Shown here one piece after another: positions 52,101-64,000 of a stretch of DNA of 64,000 nt (the stretch's first letter is position 1; each line of letters begins with the position of its first letter). The position numbers and the translations under genes are program-made. The notes under the pieces are model-generated. The model worked only from the letters and a program-made list of their open reading frames with translations. It was not told the origin of the DNA and searched no databases. The stretch comes from Mobula hypostoma (taxonomy: Eukaryota), in assembly GCF_963921235.1 (NCBI RefSeq), contig NC_086097.1, forward strand, positions 37,450,001 to 37,514,000, read 5' to 3'.

Positions 52101-52139
52101 TTAATTTTGTGTCTAAATACATGCAGATTTCAAGGTATC

Positions 52140-55100
52140 AAGATGGCTCCGTTGATCATCAGCATTGTGGATGTTCTGTGGGCTGCAACCAATAGTTCCA
52201 AATATTCTTTGAAATATACTTCTTTTGAATTACTGTCAATGCAATCTGCATCATGTAACTTCTCTCTAAACAATGTACTTTTAAATCAACTTAATGATCT
52301 TCAGATCTCACGATTGTCTGAAGGACTCGGCGGACCAGTCATGTACAGCACCTTTAAGAGGACAATGGTTCATCGCCATGACTGGAAGCGAGGCAGGAGG
52401 AGGAGTGGGGCTAGAAGCCAGGCTGAAATGGAGACAGATATGGCCTTCTCCACCTAGCAACTTATTGGCAAATGTGCAGTTGTTGGAAAGCAAAATTGAG
52501 GACCTGAGGGCAAGATTGCTGTTTTGGAGAGAAATGAGAACCTGCTCTATGCTATGCTTCTGAAACGTGGCTTTCTCCCAGCACGCCAGATACAGCAATC
52601 AGGCCTGAAGGCTTCTTGATTTATAGAATGGACCAAACTGCTGATTTGGAAAAGGCAAAAGGAGAAGTATGAGTTTCATGATAAATTCTCAGTGGTGTTC
52701 CAATGTGGCAGTTTTGTTGAACTCGTTTTTGCCCGAATTGGAATGGTCAAATGGTGTCCATTCTATCCATTCTACTTATTTAGGGAACTCTCGTCTGTGA
52801 CCCTGACCACAGTTTACATACCACCAGAGGCTGACTGTAGTCAAACACTCACGATACTTCATGATGCAGTCTCTAAACAAGAAACAGTCCATCCTAATGC
52901 ATTTCGAATCATAGTTAGAGACTTCAACCAGGCTTGTTTGAAGAAAATCCTGTCCAATTATCATCAGCATATAACCTGAAGCACCAGAGGTCCCAACATA
53001 CTAGACCACTGTTATGCTAAGATAAAGAATGCCTACTGTTCCATGCGAAGACCGTATCTCTGGAAATCTGATCACTTAGCTGTCCTTCTGCCTGCATACT
53101 GGCGGAGGCTAAAGAGCAAAGTTCCATAGATTAAAACAACAAAAAGATGGTCACAGGAGGCAGAGGAGTGGCTACAGGATTGCTTTGGGTTGGTGGACTG
53201 GACCATGTTCAAGGACTCATCTGGGGATCTGAATGACTACACCATGGTTGTAAGAGACTTTATTAAAATAGCTGTATATGAGAGTGTCCCACAAAATCAT
53301 TGAGTCTTCCCCAATCAGAACCCTTGGATGAACCATGAGATAGCAATTCACTGAGGGAAAGATCAGAAGCATTCAAGTCTGATGACCAAGAAGGTTACAA
53401 GAGGTCCAGGCACGATGTCTGGAATGCCATCTCATGGGTGAATGACAATAAAATCAACGAAGGATACTCAACAGTTGTGGCAAGACTTAAATACTATCAC
53501 CTCTTATAAATCAAGTGACATGGGAGACAGCAGGGTTTCAGTTCCAGGTGAGCTCAATGCCTACTATGCTTGCTTTGACCATCAAAATATGGAGGAACTA
53601 TCACAAACCCACATTTCCCAATGATCCTATGATATCAGTCTCTGACGCTGACATGCGAGCAGCCTTCAGAAGGGTGAACTCACAAAAAGCATCTGGCTTA
53701 GATGTGGTACCCATCCAAGTACTAAAGATCTGTGCTCATCAACTGGCTAGTGTGTTCACCGAGGTTGTTAACCTCTTGCTTCAGCAATGTGTAGTACCCA
53801 CTTGCTTCAAGCAGGCTTCAGTTATACCAGTGCCCAGGAAGAGCGTGGTGACTTGCCTCAACAGCTATCGCTTACATCCATAGCAATGAAGTGTTTTAAG
53901 AGATTGGTGTTGAAACATATCAACTCTTGCCTGCAAAATTGATGTAGAATTACTCCAATTTGTGTATTGGAGCAACAGATCCACAGCAGATGCCATTGGC
54001 TGTTCACTCAACCCTCAAACCCTTAGACAGCAAAGGTGCATACATCTGGATGCTCTATATCAACCACAGCTCAGCATTTTAATACCATCAACCCCTCAAA
54101 ACTAATCAATAAGCTTCAAGACCTTGGACTCAATAATTCCTTGTGCCATTGGATCCTCGATTTCCTCACTTACAGACACCAGTCAGTTTGGATTGATGAC
54201 AATATCTCCTCCATGAACTCTCATCAGCACAGGTGTACCACAGGATGTGTACTTAGTCCCCTGCTCTACTCGCTTTATACTTATGACTGTGTGGCTAAGG
54301 ACAGCACCAATACCACATTCAAGTTTGCTGATGATATCGCTGTTGTAGGCTGAATCAGCATATAGGAAGGAGATTCAAAGTCTGGCCGAGTGGTGCCATA
54401 ACACCAATCTCTCACAATATCAGCAAGACCAAGAAGCTGTTTATAGACTTCAAGAGAAGGAAACCAGAAATCTATGAGCCAGTACTCATTGGTGGAAAGG
54501 GTTAGCAATTTTTAACTCCTAGGTGCTATTATTTCAGAGGACCTGTCCTGGGCCCAGCACGTAAGTGCAATTACAAAGAAAGTATGGCAGCACTTCTACT
54601 TCCTTAAGAGTTTACAGGGATTCGGCATGACATCTAAATCTTTGACAAACTTCTACATGTGTGTTGTGGAAAGTATATTCACTGGCTGATTCACAGACTG
54701 GTATAGATATACCAATTCCCTTGAATGGAAAATCCTACAAAAAGTAGTGGATATGGCCCAGTCCATCACGGGTAAAGCCCTCCGAATCATTGAGCACATC
54801 CACTTGAAACGCTGTCCCAGGAAAGCAGCATCATAATCAGGGACTCTGAGGACCTAGGACTTGATCTCTTCTTCCTGCTGCCATCAGGAAGAATGTACAA
54901 GAGCTTCAGGACTCACCAGCAGGTTCAGGAACAGTTACTACCACTCATCCATCAGGCTCTTGAACCAAAGGGGATAACTTCACTTGCCCCATCATTGAAA
55001 TGTTCCCACATCCAATGGATTCGGTTTCAAGGATTTTTCATCTCATGATCTCGATATTATTTATTTATCATTATTATTATTTCTCCTTTTTGTATTTGCA

Positions 55101-55195
55101 CAGTTTGTTGTCTTCTGCACTCTGGTAGAACCTAGATGGGTGGTCTTTCATTGATTCTGTTATATTTATTATTCTATTATGGATTTATTGAGGAA
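52140..55195 (+). mobile_element. Near full-length but inactivated Rex1/Babar LINE (APE + RT)
   Basis: LLANVQLLESKIEDLRAR, TVYIPPEAD, DFNQACLK (APE); RRVNSQKASGLD..CFKQASVIPVPRK, GCVLSPLLYSLYTYDC, KFADD (RT). Many stops and frameshifts. Confidence 0.9.
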
Positions 55196-55225
55196 ATGAT
55201 TCTCATGATTGGAAATGGTGATGTA

Positions 55226-55595
55226 TCACAAGATCACAAGACAAAGGAGCAGAAGTAGGCCATTTGGCCCATCGAGTCTGCTCCGCAGCTCCCCCATGAG
55301 CTAAACTATTCACCCATCTAGTTCCAATTTCCGGCTTTTTTACCATATCTCTTGATATACCCTGACTAATTAGATACCTGTCAATCTCCTCCTTAAACAC
55401 CCTCAATGATCGGGCCTCCACAGCTGTATGTGCCAACGAATTGCACAAATCCACGACCCTCTGGCTAAAAAAATTTCTCCTCATCTCTGTTTTAACTGGG
55501 TACCCTCTAATTCTAAGACTATATGGCCTCTTGTCCTGGACTCACCCACCAAGGGAAACAACCTTTCCACATCTACTCTGTCCAACCCTTTCAAC
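55226..55595 (-). mobile_element. CR1 LINE 3' end
   Basis: ORF 55203-55484 MRRNFFSQRVVDLCNSL..FKEEIDRYL plus 3' UTR. Confidence 0.8.
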
Positions 55596-56221
55596 TTTAT
55601 ATGTACTTTGAATTTAGAGATGTACTTTGAACTTTATTTTAGCTCAGATTTAAAATAAATTTGTTTGCATCCACTAAATTTGATTTCTTTGCTGAAACCC
55701 CAGCCCCCATTGGCTAATCTGAAAATGCCACTAGATGAGACATTTAACTAAGTCCTAAATGCTTGCTTGAATGTAAAAACAAAGTCTCATGGTGCAATCA
55801 GACATAAAGCAGAAGAGTTATTTCAATGTACTGGTAAAAAAAAACATTCATTGATGATTCATCTAATTGCTGGATCTTGCAGTTTATAATATAGTTGATT
55901 GGTTAATTAATTGGGTTTTATTGATTCATCTATTTTGGGTTTTTTAGAGTTTAACTCAGTGATCTTAGTTTAAAAGCAATTATGGGATATTAAAATGGAT
56001 TCTATTTGACTTCCTTTTAGCTTTACCAATTACTTTACAATCGTACCTGTGTTTTCACCTATTACACTGGAATTTTCTCTCCAAGCAATTAAACTATTTG
56101 CTTTTCAAATTTGTTGTATGTTGTCACTTGTTTTTAATCTGCAAATTTGTCTTCTCAAAATAATTATATTGTCACTAATTAAATTGACTTAAAAGTCTAA
56201 CAAACTGTGGACATACATCTA

Positions 56222-56533
56222 CTGATGCTTCTGGACACATCTTCAGTGATGTTCCTAGAATCATCGGGTGTTTCGGGTCTTTCAACATCATACAACCTTC
56301 TCCAGGTGACCCAGCCGGGGCTGATCAGACCCCAGCTTGTGTCCAGATGGCTAGCTACTTACGACTCCATGGCTCCCCTCTTTTGAGCTACAGCCATCTT
56401 GTGACCCTCTCTGCCGCATCGGTGGTACTGCGGATGGCTCTCCTCTTCCTCTCTCCCTCGATGCCCAAATTGCTGAATGCTCTGGCTAAGGAATGGGCTA
56501 CGAATCCCCTACAACCAACCTCCACTGGGAGAC
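56222..56533 (-). mobile_element. HERO-clade (RLE-type) non-LTR retrotransposon 3' fragment
   Basis: Manual minus-strand translation CLPVEVGCRGFVAHSLARAFSNLGIEGERKRRAIRSTTDAAERVTRWL*LKRGEPW resembles the C-terminus of restriction-like-endonuclease LINEs. Confidence 0.7.
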
Positions 56534-56908
56534 AATATTACTGGTTCCTGCACTTCTGTTTTTATATGCTTAAACTAGGTGGTCAAAACTTGTGGAATTG
56601 CCTATTACCTTCAAAGAATTACTTATAGAATAAATTAAATCTTTGTAGAGGTACCTCTCCTTGGGTATTATGCTAAATTGTTCTGGTGTTATTAACCTGA
56701 ATTACATCTTTACTGGTCAATAAACTTATTTGAAATTGATGAGATAGTTGCACCTACATCACTTGTTGCACAGTTTTTGTGACGACTGGAATTTAAATTA
56801 AAAGCCAATAAACTACATTTAAATGATTAATTATTGCTCAAGATATATGATGCCTATTAGTCACAGAATACTGTAATAGGAATAATTCATTTGTCTTTTA
56901 AATCATAG

Positions 56909-56997
56909 AAAGTGCCTTAGAAAGTGGAACACAGAAGAATCTGCAAGCAAGTAATGTGCTGGTTTCACAACCTAATCCATTACAAAAAGAATGCGAG
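56909..56997 (+). CDS. SIX6OS1: SIX6OS1 coding exon 10: (E)SALESGTQKNLQASNVLVSQPNPLQKECE
   Basis: aaatcatag| ... GAG|gtaaag; 89 nt, phase 1-0; QKE aligns with mammalian RQKEND. Cumulative CDS is 1002 nt with no stop. Confidence 0.7.
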
Positions 56998-57176
56998 GTA
57001 AAGATGAAAAATATATGTGAAAATGTATAATTGAATTGATTCAAGAAATACCAGTGGTATATACTATTCAAGTTGCATATCATGACCTTTGTCCAAAAGA
57101 CAATATTACAAATGTGATTATGCTTAAATCCACAACCTTTGTCTCAGGTACAAGAATGCTTTAAATGACCGTGTTT

Positions 57177-59215
57177 AAAGTTCAAATAAAATTTATTATT
57201 AAAGTAGATATATATCACCATATACAACCCTGAGATTTATTTTCTTGTGGGTATAAATCCATAATAGAATAATAACCATAATAGAATCAATAAAGACTGC
57301 ACCAACTTGGGCATTCAACCAGTGTGAAAAGACTACAAACTGCAAATACAAAAAGAAAGAAATAATAAATAAGCAAAAAATATTGAGAACATGAGACGAA
57401 GAGTCCTTGAAAGTGATTCCATAGGGTGTGGGAACATTTCAGTGATGGAGCAAGTGAACTTAAATGAAGTTATCCCCTTTGGTTCAAGAGCCTGATGGTT
57501 GAGGGATAATAACTGAACCTGGTGGTGTGTGTCATGTGGCTTCTGTACCTTATTCTGATGGCAGCAATGAAAATGACCTGGGTGATGGAATGATTGATGC
57601 TGCGTTCCTACGACAATGCTCCATGTAGATGTGCTCAATGGCCTGGAGGGCTTTACCTGTAATGGACTGAGCCGTATCCATTATTTTTTGTAAGATTTTC
57701 CATTCATGGGCATTGGTGTGTCTATACCAGGCTGTGATGCAGCCAGTAAATATACTGTCCACCACACATCTATAGAGGTTGTCAAAGTTTTAGATGTCAT
57801 GCTGAGTCTTTGCAAACTCCTAAGGAAGTAGAGGTACTGCCATGCTTTTTGCATAATTGCACTTATGTGCTGAACCCAGGGCAAGCCCTCCAAGGAAATG
57901 AAAACTGCTGACCCTCTCCACCTCTAATCACCCAATGAGGACTGGCTCATGCACCTTTGATTTCCTCCTCCTGAAGTCAATAATCAGCTACTTAGTTTTG
58001 CTGACATTGAGTCAGAGGTATTTGTTGTGTCACCACTTAGCCTGATTTTCAATCTCCCTCCTACATATTGATTCATCACCACCTTTAATTCAGCCTATGA
58101 CAGTAAACTTGAATATGGCATTGGAGTTGTGCTTAGCCACAAAGTCATAAGTGTGAAGTGAGTAGAGCAGGGGGCTAAGTACACAGCCTTGTGTACCTGT
58201 GCTGAAGGAGATTGTGGAGGAAATGTTGTTGTCAATCTGAGCTGACTGGGGGTCTGCAAGTGAGGAAATCAAGGATCCATTTGCACAGGGAGGTAATGAG
58301 TCCAAGATTTTGAAGCTTATTGATTAGTTTTGAAGGGAAGATGGTATTGAATGCCATGATATAGTTGATAAAGAGTATCCTGATGTACTGTATGTATCTT
58401 TGCTGTCCAGATGTTCCAGGGTTGAGTGATGAGCCAATCAGATAGCATCTGCTGTGGACCAGTTACCCCAGTAAGCTAATTGGAGCAGATCCAAATGGCT
58501 TCTTATGCAGGAGTTGATATGTTTCATTACTAACCTCTCAAAACACTTCATCACTAACCTCTCAAAACACTTCATCACTATGGATGTAAGTGCTAATGGA
58601 TGATAGTCATTGAAGCAGGTTGCCATGCTCTTCTTAGACACTGGTATAAGTGAAGCCTGCTTGAAGAAGGTGGGTACCTCAGATGCTGAAGCTAGACATT
58701 AAAGATCTCAGTTAATACTCCAGCCAGGGCTTTAGTACTTACCAGGTACCTTCTCCGGGCTGGATGCTTTCATTGGGCTCAGCCTCCTAACAGCTGCTCA
58801 CACGTTGGCTTCAGAGAGTGAAATCACAGGATCATCAGGGGCTGTGGGTGTTTGTAATGGTTCCTCCATGTTTTGATGGTCAAATTAAGCATAAAAGGTA
58901 TTGAACTTATCTGGAAGTGAAGTCCTGTTGTTGCCTATGATGGTTGATTTTATTTTGTAAGAGGTGATTGCATTCGAGCTCTGCCACAGCTGTTGAGCAT
59001 CCTTTGTTGATTCAAATTTAATCCAGAATTGCCACTTTGCCAGTGAGAAGGCTTTCTGAAGATCATACCTGGACTTGTAACTTTCTTGGTCACCAGACTT
59101 GAATGCCTCTCATCTTTCCCTCAGCAGATTGCAGATCTCATGGTTCATCCAGGGCTTCTGGTTGAGGAAGACTCTGAATGATTTTGTGGAGACATGCTTG
59201 TTGCAACTGTTCTTG
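57177..59215 (-). mobile_element. Rex1/Babar LINE 3' two-thirds (degenerate)
   Basis: NDYHPLALTSIVMKCFERLV, GCVLSPLLYSLHTYD, LYFLRSL; same family as 52140-55195 and 1005-2275. Confidence 0.88.
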
Positions 59216-59411
59216 ATTATTGCTTATTTGACACTGCTTAAATGTTTTACTATTATTTCTGGTGGATAGAGGAAATGCTTCTTAGGTATTCCCTCAGTTC
59301 CATCTTCCATCATTATAATATCACTTAGTATTGGTAAAATACCATAAATACATTAAGAAGCCAGGCAGATATTTTACCAAATATTAACAGGTTATAGTAT
59401 ATCTTGAGGTT

Positions 59412-59447
59412 AGTCCTGACGAAGGGTCTCGGCCTGAAACGTCGACT
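59412..59447 (+). ncRNA. Minimal type I hammerhead ribozyme motif in a ~100-bp solo Penelope tail (59405-59505)
   Basis: agtc-CTGACGA-agggtctcggcct-GAAAC-GTC-gact: consensus core with a GUC triplet (predicted cleavage after 59443) and ACGT palindromic stem III. Confidence 0.7.
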
Positions 59448-59622
59448 GTGCCTCTTCCTATAAATGCTGCCTGGCCTGCTGCGTTCACCAGCAACTTTGA
59501 TGTAAGCTATAGAATATCTCAACTAGATTTGGTAATTGAATGCTGCAGAAAACTGTTTTTCTATCTACTTCTGTGTCTTCTAGTTTGGTGCTCTCATTGT
59601 CTCTTCTGAATCATACAGGCTT

Positions 59623-62330
59623 CAGTCCCCCCAGTATCCATCAGGTCTCACCAACGTAGAGGAGGCCGCACCAGGAGCACAGCAGATAACTCCAATAAAC
59701 TCACAGTTGAAGTGTTACCTCACCTGGAAGCACTGCTTGAAGTCCTGAATGGAATTGAGGGAGAAGGGTGAATGGGCAGGTGTAGCACTTCTTCTGCTTG
59801 CAGGGATATATTCTAGGAGGGAGATGAGTGGGAGTGACGAATGGACAATGGAATTACAGAGAGATCGATCCCTGCAGAAAACAGAGAGTTGTGGTGGGGG
59901 GGGGGCGCGCGCGCAGGGGGAAGGTAAAGATGTGTTTCGTGGTAGGATCCAGTTGCAAATGGTGGAAGTTTATTTTCTTACACCAGTATTGTATGACCTT
60001 CTATAAAGTATCAACTTTAAATAACATCATAGGTGATCTAATTGTAAATGGAACTCCACGTTCTCATTCGCTGTTCGTGACTGTTCATCCTCTTTATGTT
60101 CAAGCACTTAGTAAGCCCTTCCTCTATATTCCTTCTACTTCCATCACCCATTAAGGAGGAGACTTCTAAAAAATCAGTCTTCTGAGAGAAAAAAAAAATC
60201 ACTTCATCTTTCCCTGAAAAAAGGAGACCTCTCTCAAACTTCTAAACTTCATTGGGTATACACCAAGCCTGTTGAATATTTTCTCACATGGCAACCAGAC
60301 CATGCATTTCTTAGCTTGGTAAATCTTCTCTGAACTGTTTGTAGTGCATTAACTTGCTTCCTTAAATAAGATACTAGACACTAGATACTAGAATACTACA
60401 GCACAGTACAGGCCCTTTGGCCCTCGATGTTGTGCTGACCCATATATTCCTTAAAAAAAAGTACTAAACCCACACTACCCCGTAACCCTCTTTTTCTTTC
60501 ATCCATGTGCCTGTCCAATAGGCTCTTAAATACTCCTAATGTTTTAGCCTCCACCACCATCCCTGGCAAGTCATTCCAGGCACCCACAACCCTCTGTGTA
60601 AAAAAAACTTACCCCTGATGTCTCCCCTAAACTTCCCTCCCTTAACTTTGTACATATGCCCCCTGGTGTTTGCTATTCGTGCCCTGGGAAATAGGTACTG
60701 GCTATCCACCCTATCTATGCCTCTCATAATCTTGTAGACCTCTATCAAGTCCCCTCTCATCCTTCTACGCTCCAAAGAGAAAAGTCCCAGCTCTGCTAAC
60801 CTTGCCTCATAAGACTTGTTTTCCAATCCAGGCAACATCCTGGTAAATCTCCTCTGCACCCTCTCCATAGCTTCCACATCCTTCCTATAGTGAGGTGAAT
60901 AGAACTGAACACAATACTCTTTAAGTGTGGTCTCACCAGAGATTTGTAGAGTTGCAACATGTCCTCTCTACTCTTGAACTCAATCCCCCTATTAATGAAG
61001 CCTAGCATCCCATAGGCCTTCTTAACTATCCTATCAACCTGTGCAGCGACCTTGAGGGATGTATGGTTTTGAACCCCAAGGTCCCTCTGTTCATCCACAC
61101 TCTTGAGTAACTGACCATTAACCCTGTACTCAGCCTTCTGGTTTGTCCTTCCAAAGTGCATTACCTCACACTTATCCGGATTGAACTCCATCTGCCACTT
61201 TTCTGCCCAACTCTGCATCCTGTCTATATCCTCTTGTAACCTTGGACAACCTACAGCTCCATCCACAACTCCAATCTTCGGGTCATCTGCAAACTTACTC
61301 ACCCATCCTTCTGCCTCTTCATCCAAGATCAATCCTATATGAAAATATAGTTTCACTAGTGCCCTGTTTATTTTAAGTATGAAATCCTTACTTTTGTATT
61401 CAATTTCTCTTGCGATAAATGGTAAAATTCCATTTACTTCTGCAATTACTTGCTGTGCAGAAGTTACTATGAGCAGATGAGAATGTGGAGTTGAGCTTAT
61501 AATCAGATCACCTTTGAATATGCTGAGAAATCTGTATGATTAGAAGGGACAACACCAGATGGTGCTCAGATATGATGATCCTGGCAAGTTCCTGCTCACC
61601 CAGCCTGGAATATCTAGGGTGAAATGTCACCCATACTACCTGCCACAGGAGTTCAGCTGTCTTACTGGCAATACATTTCCCTCAAATGGACCTGAAGCCT
61701 GCACTCAACACTTTAATCAACAGCTTTGAAATGGGACTTCTCAATCAGAAGATGACTTCAATCAGGCCAGCTTCAAGAGTGTGTTACCAAAATACTACCA
61801 GCATGTCTCCTGTCCCACCAGGGGATTAAACACCCTTGGCCATTGATATACAACCATCAAGGATACCTACTGAGCCAACCCCATCCACACTTTGGTAAAT
61901 TAGACCACCAGGCATTATGCTCCTTCTTCCTGCAGACAATAGAAGTTGATACTTTATAGAAGGTCATACAATACTGGTGTAAGAAAATAAACTTCCACCA
62001 TTTGCAACTGGATCCTACCACGAAACACATCTTTACCTTCCCCCTGCGCGCGCTCCCCCCCCCCACAACTCTTTTCTGCAGGGATCGATCTCTCTGTAAT
62101 TCCATTGACCATTCGTCACTCCCACTCATCTCCCTCCCTAGAATATATCCCTGCAAGCAGAAGAAGTGCTACACCTGCCCATTCACCCTTCTCCCTCAAT
62201 TCCATTCAGGACTTCAAGCAGTGCTTCCAGGTGAGGTAACACTTCAACTGTGAGTTTATTGGAGTTATCTGCTGTGCTCCTGGTGTGGCCTCCTCTACGT
62301 TGGTGAGACCTGATGGATATTGGGGGACTG
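59623..62330. repeat. ~390-bp near-identical inverted repeat (59623-60017 / 61943-62330) with a 1.9-kb spacer
   Basis: The arms are reverse complements over nearly their whole length, including ~48 bp of non-Penelope flank. Confidence 0.92.
60373..61326 (-). mobile_element. Young 5'-truncated CR1 LINE nested in an older CR1 remnant
   Basis: ORFs 60796-61356 and 60536-60877 (KFADDPKIG..KWQMEFNPDKCEVMHFG..ERVQRRFTRMLPGL). Confidence 0.9.
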
Positions 62331-62962
62331 CTTTGTCAAGCACCTTTTCTTTATCCACAACAAGCAGGATTTCCCAGTAGCCAGCCATTTTAACTCGGAT
62401 CTCCATTCCTATTCCAACATGTTGGTCCATGACTTCCTCCCTGCCACGATGTGGCCACTTTCAGGTTCAAGGAGCAACAACTCATCTTTCTCAGTGGCCT
62501 CCATTGATGCTCAGTATGAACATAGCTTTCTCTAACTTCTGGTAATTTAAACACACACCCCCACCTTCTCTCTTCTTCCATTCACCATTCTGGTTCCCCT
62601 CTTCTTCTCATCTGCCTATCATCTCCCTCAGATGCACCTCTTTCTCTTCTCTTTCTCCAGTGGTCCACTCTCCTCTCCTAACAAATTCGTTCCTCTTCAC
62701 CCTTCACTTCCCAGCTTCTCACTTCATCTACCCTCCTCTACCTACCTACCTTCACCTATCCATTCTAGCTTGTGCTCCTTGCCCTCCAAGCACTTTCTTA
62801 TTCTGGCTTCTTCCCCCTTCCTTTCAAGTTCTGATGAAGAATCTTGGTACAAAATGTTGAATTTTCATTCCTTTACGTAGATGCTGCCTGACTGCTGAGT
62901 TCCTCCAACATTTTGTATGTGTTACTCTGGAGTTCCAGCAACTGCAGAATCCTTGTGTTTAC
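61990..62962 (+). mobile_element. Degenerate Penelope-like 3' fragment
   Basis: DPTTKHIF..CRDRSL, QDFPVASHFNS, pyrimidine-rich region, decayed hammerhead and tail. Confidence 0.8.
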
Positions 62963-64000
62963 GAGGAAATAGATCAGCTTCTAAACAACTGATCTGAGTT
63001 TGTAGACTGGTCCATGTTCAAAAGCATAACTGCCAGCCTAGATGAATAGACCACTACTGTCACAGACTTCATCAGCAAGTGTTTTGAGGATTAAAAAGAG
63101 GACAATCTATGTGTTCTCCAACAGGAAACCACAGAGGAAGCATGGATGAGATGCATAGACAGAGTAGATAGTATCTTTTTCCCAGGGTGGTAATGTGTAA
63201 TATTAGAAGGCATGCATTTATGGTGAGGGGGTATGTTCAAAGGGGATGTATGGGGAAACTTCTTTACACAGAGAGTTGGGGATGTATGGAAGGAACTGCT
63301 TGTGGTGATGGTGAAAGCAAATACGATAGAGGCATTCAATAGACTCTTAGGTGCATTAATGTGCAGGAAATGGAAGGATATGGACATTGTGTAAGCAGAA
63401 TGGATTAGTTTAGTTGGGCATCTGATTACTAACTTAATTAGTTTGGCTTCTATTTTCGTAATCATCAGTTATTTGATTTTGCCTGATTGAATTTTATGAA
63501 GTGCCCTGCTATAACATTGTCATTAATGCACTGGGTTTTTTCTTTTAAGACCCAGGGATAAAATCTGTCAAAATCTTGGGTTTTATCAGTTTGCAACTCT
63601 TTATAAGTTGTTTACTACAACTTTCTTTTTAATTGCAATTTTCTTTCATTTTTCCTCTCCTTCCATTTCCTGATTTACAGCTATTTCTAGGATGTAACTT
63701 GTATCTTTTATGGTATAGATTGATGAAAAATTCCTGGTGACTGGCTCCTCTTACTAACTTTGTGAAACCTCTCTCTTTGTCTTTAATGGTTATTGAATTG
63801 ACCTCCAACTCCTCTCCCAAGAGAGATACCCCATTCTGAGACACCAAGCAAAAAACTTAGTGTTGCTCTTTGATGCAAAGGACAGAGTGCATGGGGAGAG
63901 ACAAATATACACTATGTTGCACCATTGCATTCTTGTTTGCTTCTCTTCACTTGTGAGCTTCCTGTACCATGGTGCAATGGCCAGGTACCTCAACCACCTT

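Noticed and set aside
58528..58580. 24-bp tandem duplication (actaacctctcaaaacacttcatc x2)
   Set aside because: A slippage duplication inside a dead Rex1 copy; not a CRISPR-like or functional array.
63530..63760. Possible next SIX6OS1 exon after the pyrimidine tracts at ~63536-63549 and ~63620-63690
   Set aside because: The phase-0 frames I tested after the candidate AGs hit stops quickly or lack a convincing donor and homology. Left unannotated.

Overview
Vertebrate genomic DNA, most likely from a cartilaginous fish (ray/shark; inferred from the CR1, Rex1-Babar, Penelope and V-SINE repeat landscape). It holds two divergently oriented genes. (1) A complete two-exon SIX6 homeobox gene on the minus strand (CDS 20478-19907 + 19134-18954, 250 aa), inside an ~18-kb transposon-depleted domain with candidate enhancers. 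(2) The meiotic synaptonemal-complex gene SIX6OS1 (C14orf39) on the plus strand. It has a CpG-island promoter at ~29.5-29.9 kb and ten phase-compatible coding exons that I assembled by hand (32518-56997, 334 codons, no stop, so the gene probably continues past the window). The rest is mostly decayed CR1, Rex1/Babar, Penelope, hAT, mariner, Gypsy and HERO elements. Notable structure: Penelope-derived minimal hammerhead ribozyme cores (some intact and sense to the SIX6OS1 pre-mRNA), a probable U12-type intron in SIX6OS1, a ~390-bp near-identical inverted duplication that looks like an inversion or template-switch scar, and a palindromic mariner MITE. I found no convincing wholly new system; the findings are unusual RNA-level and structural features.
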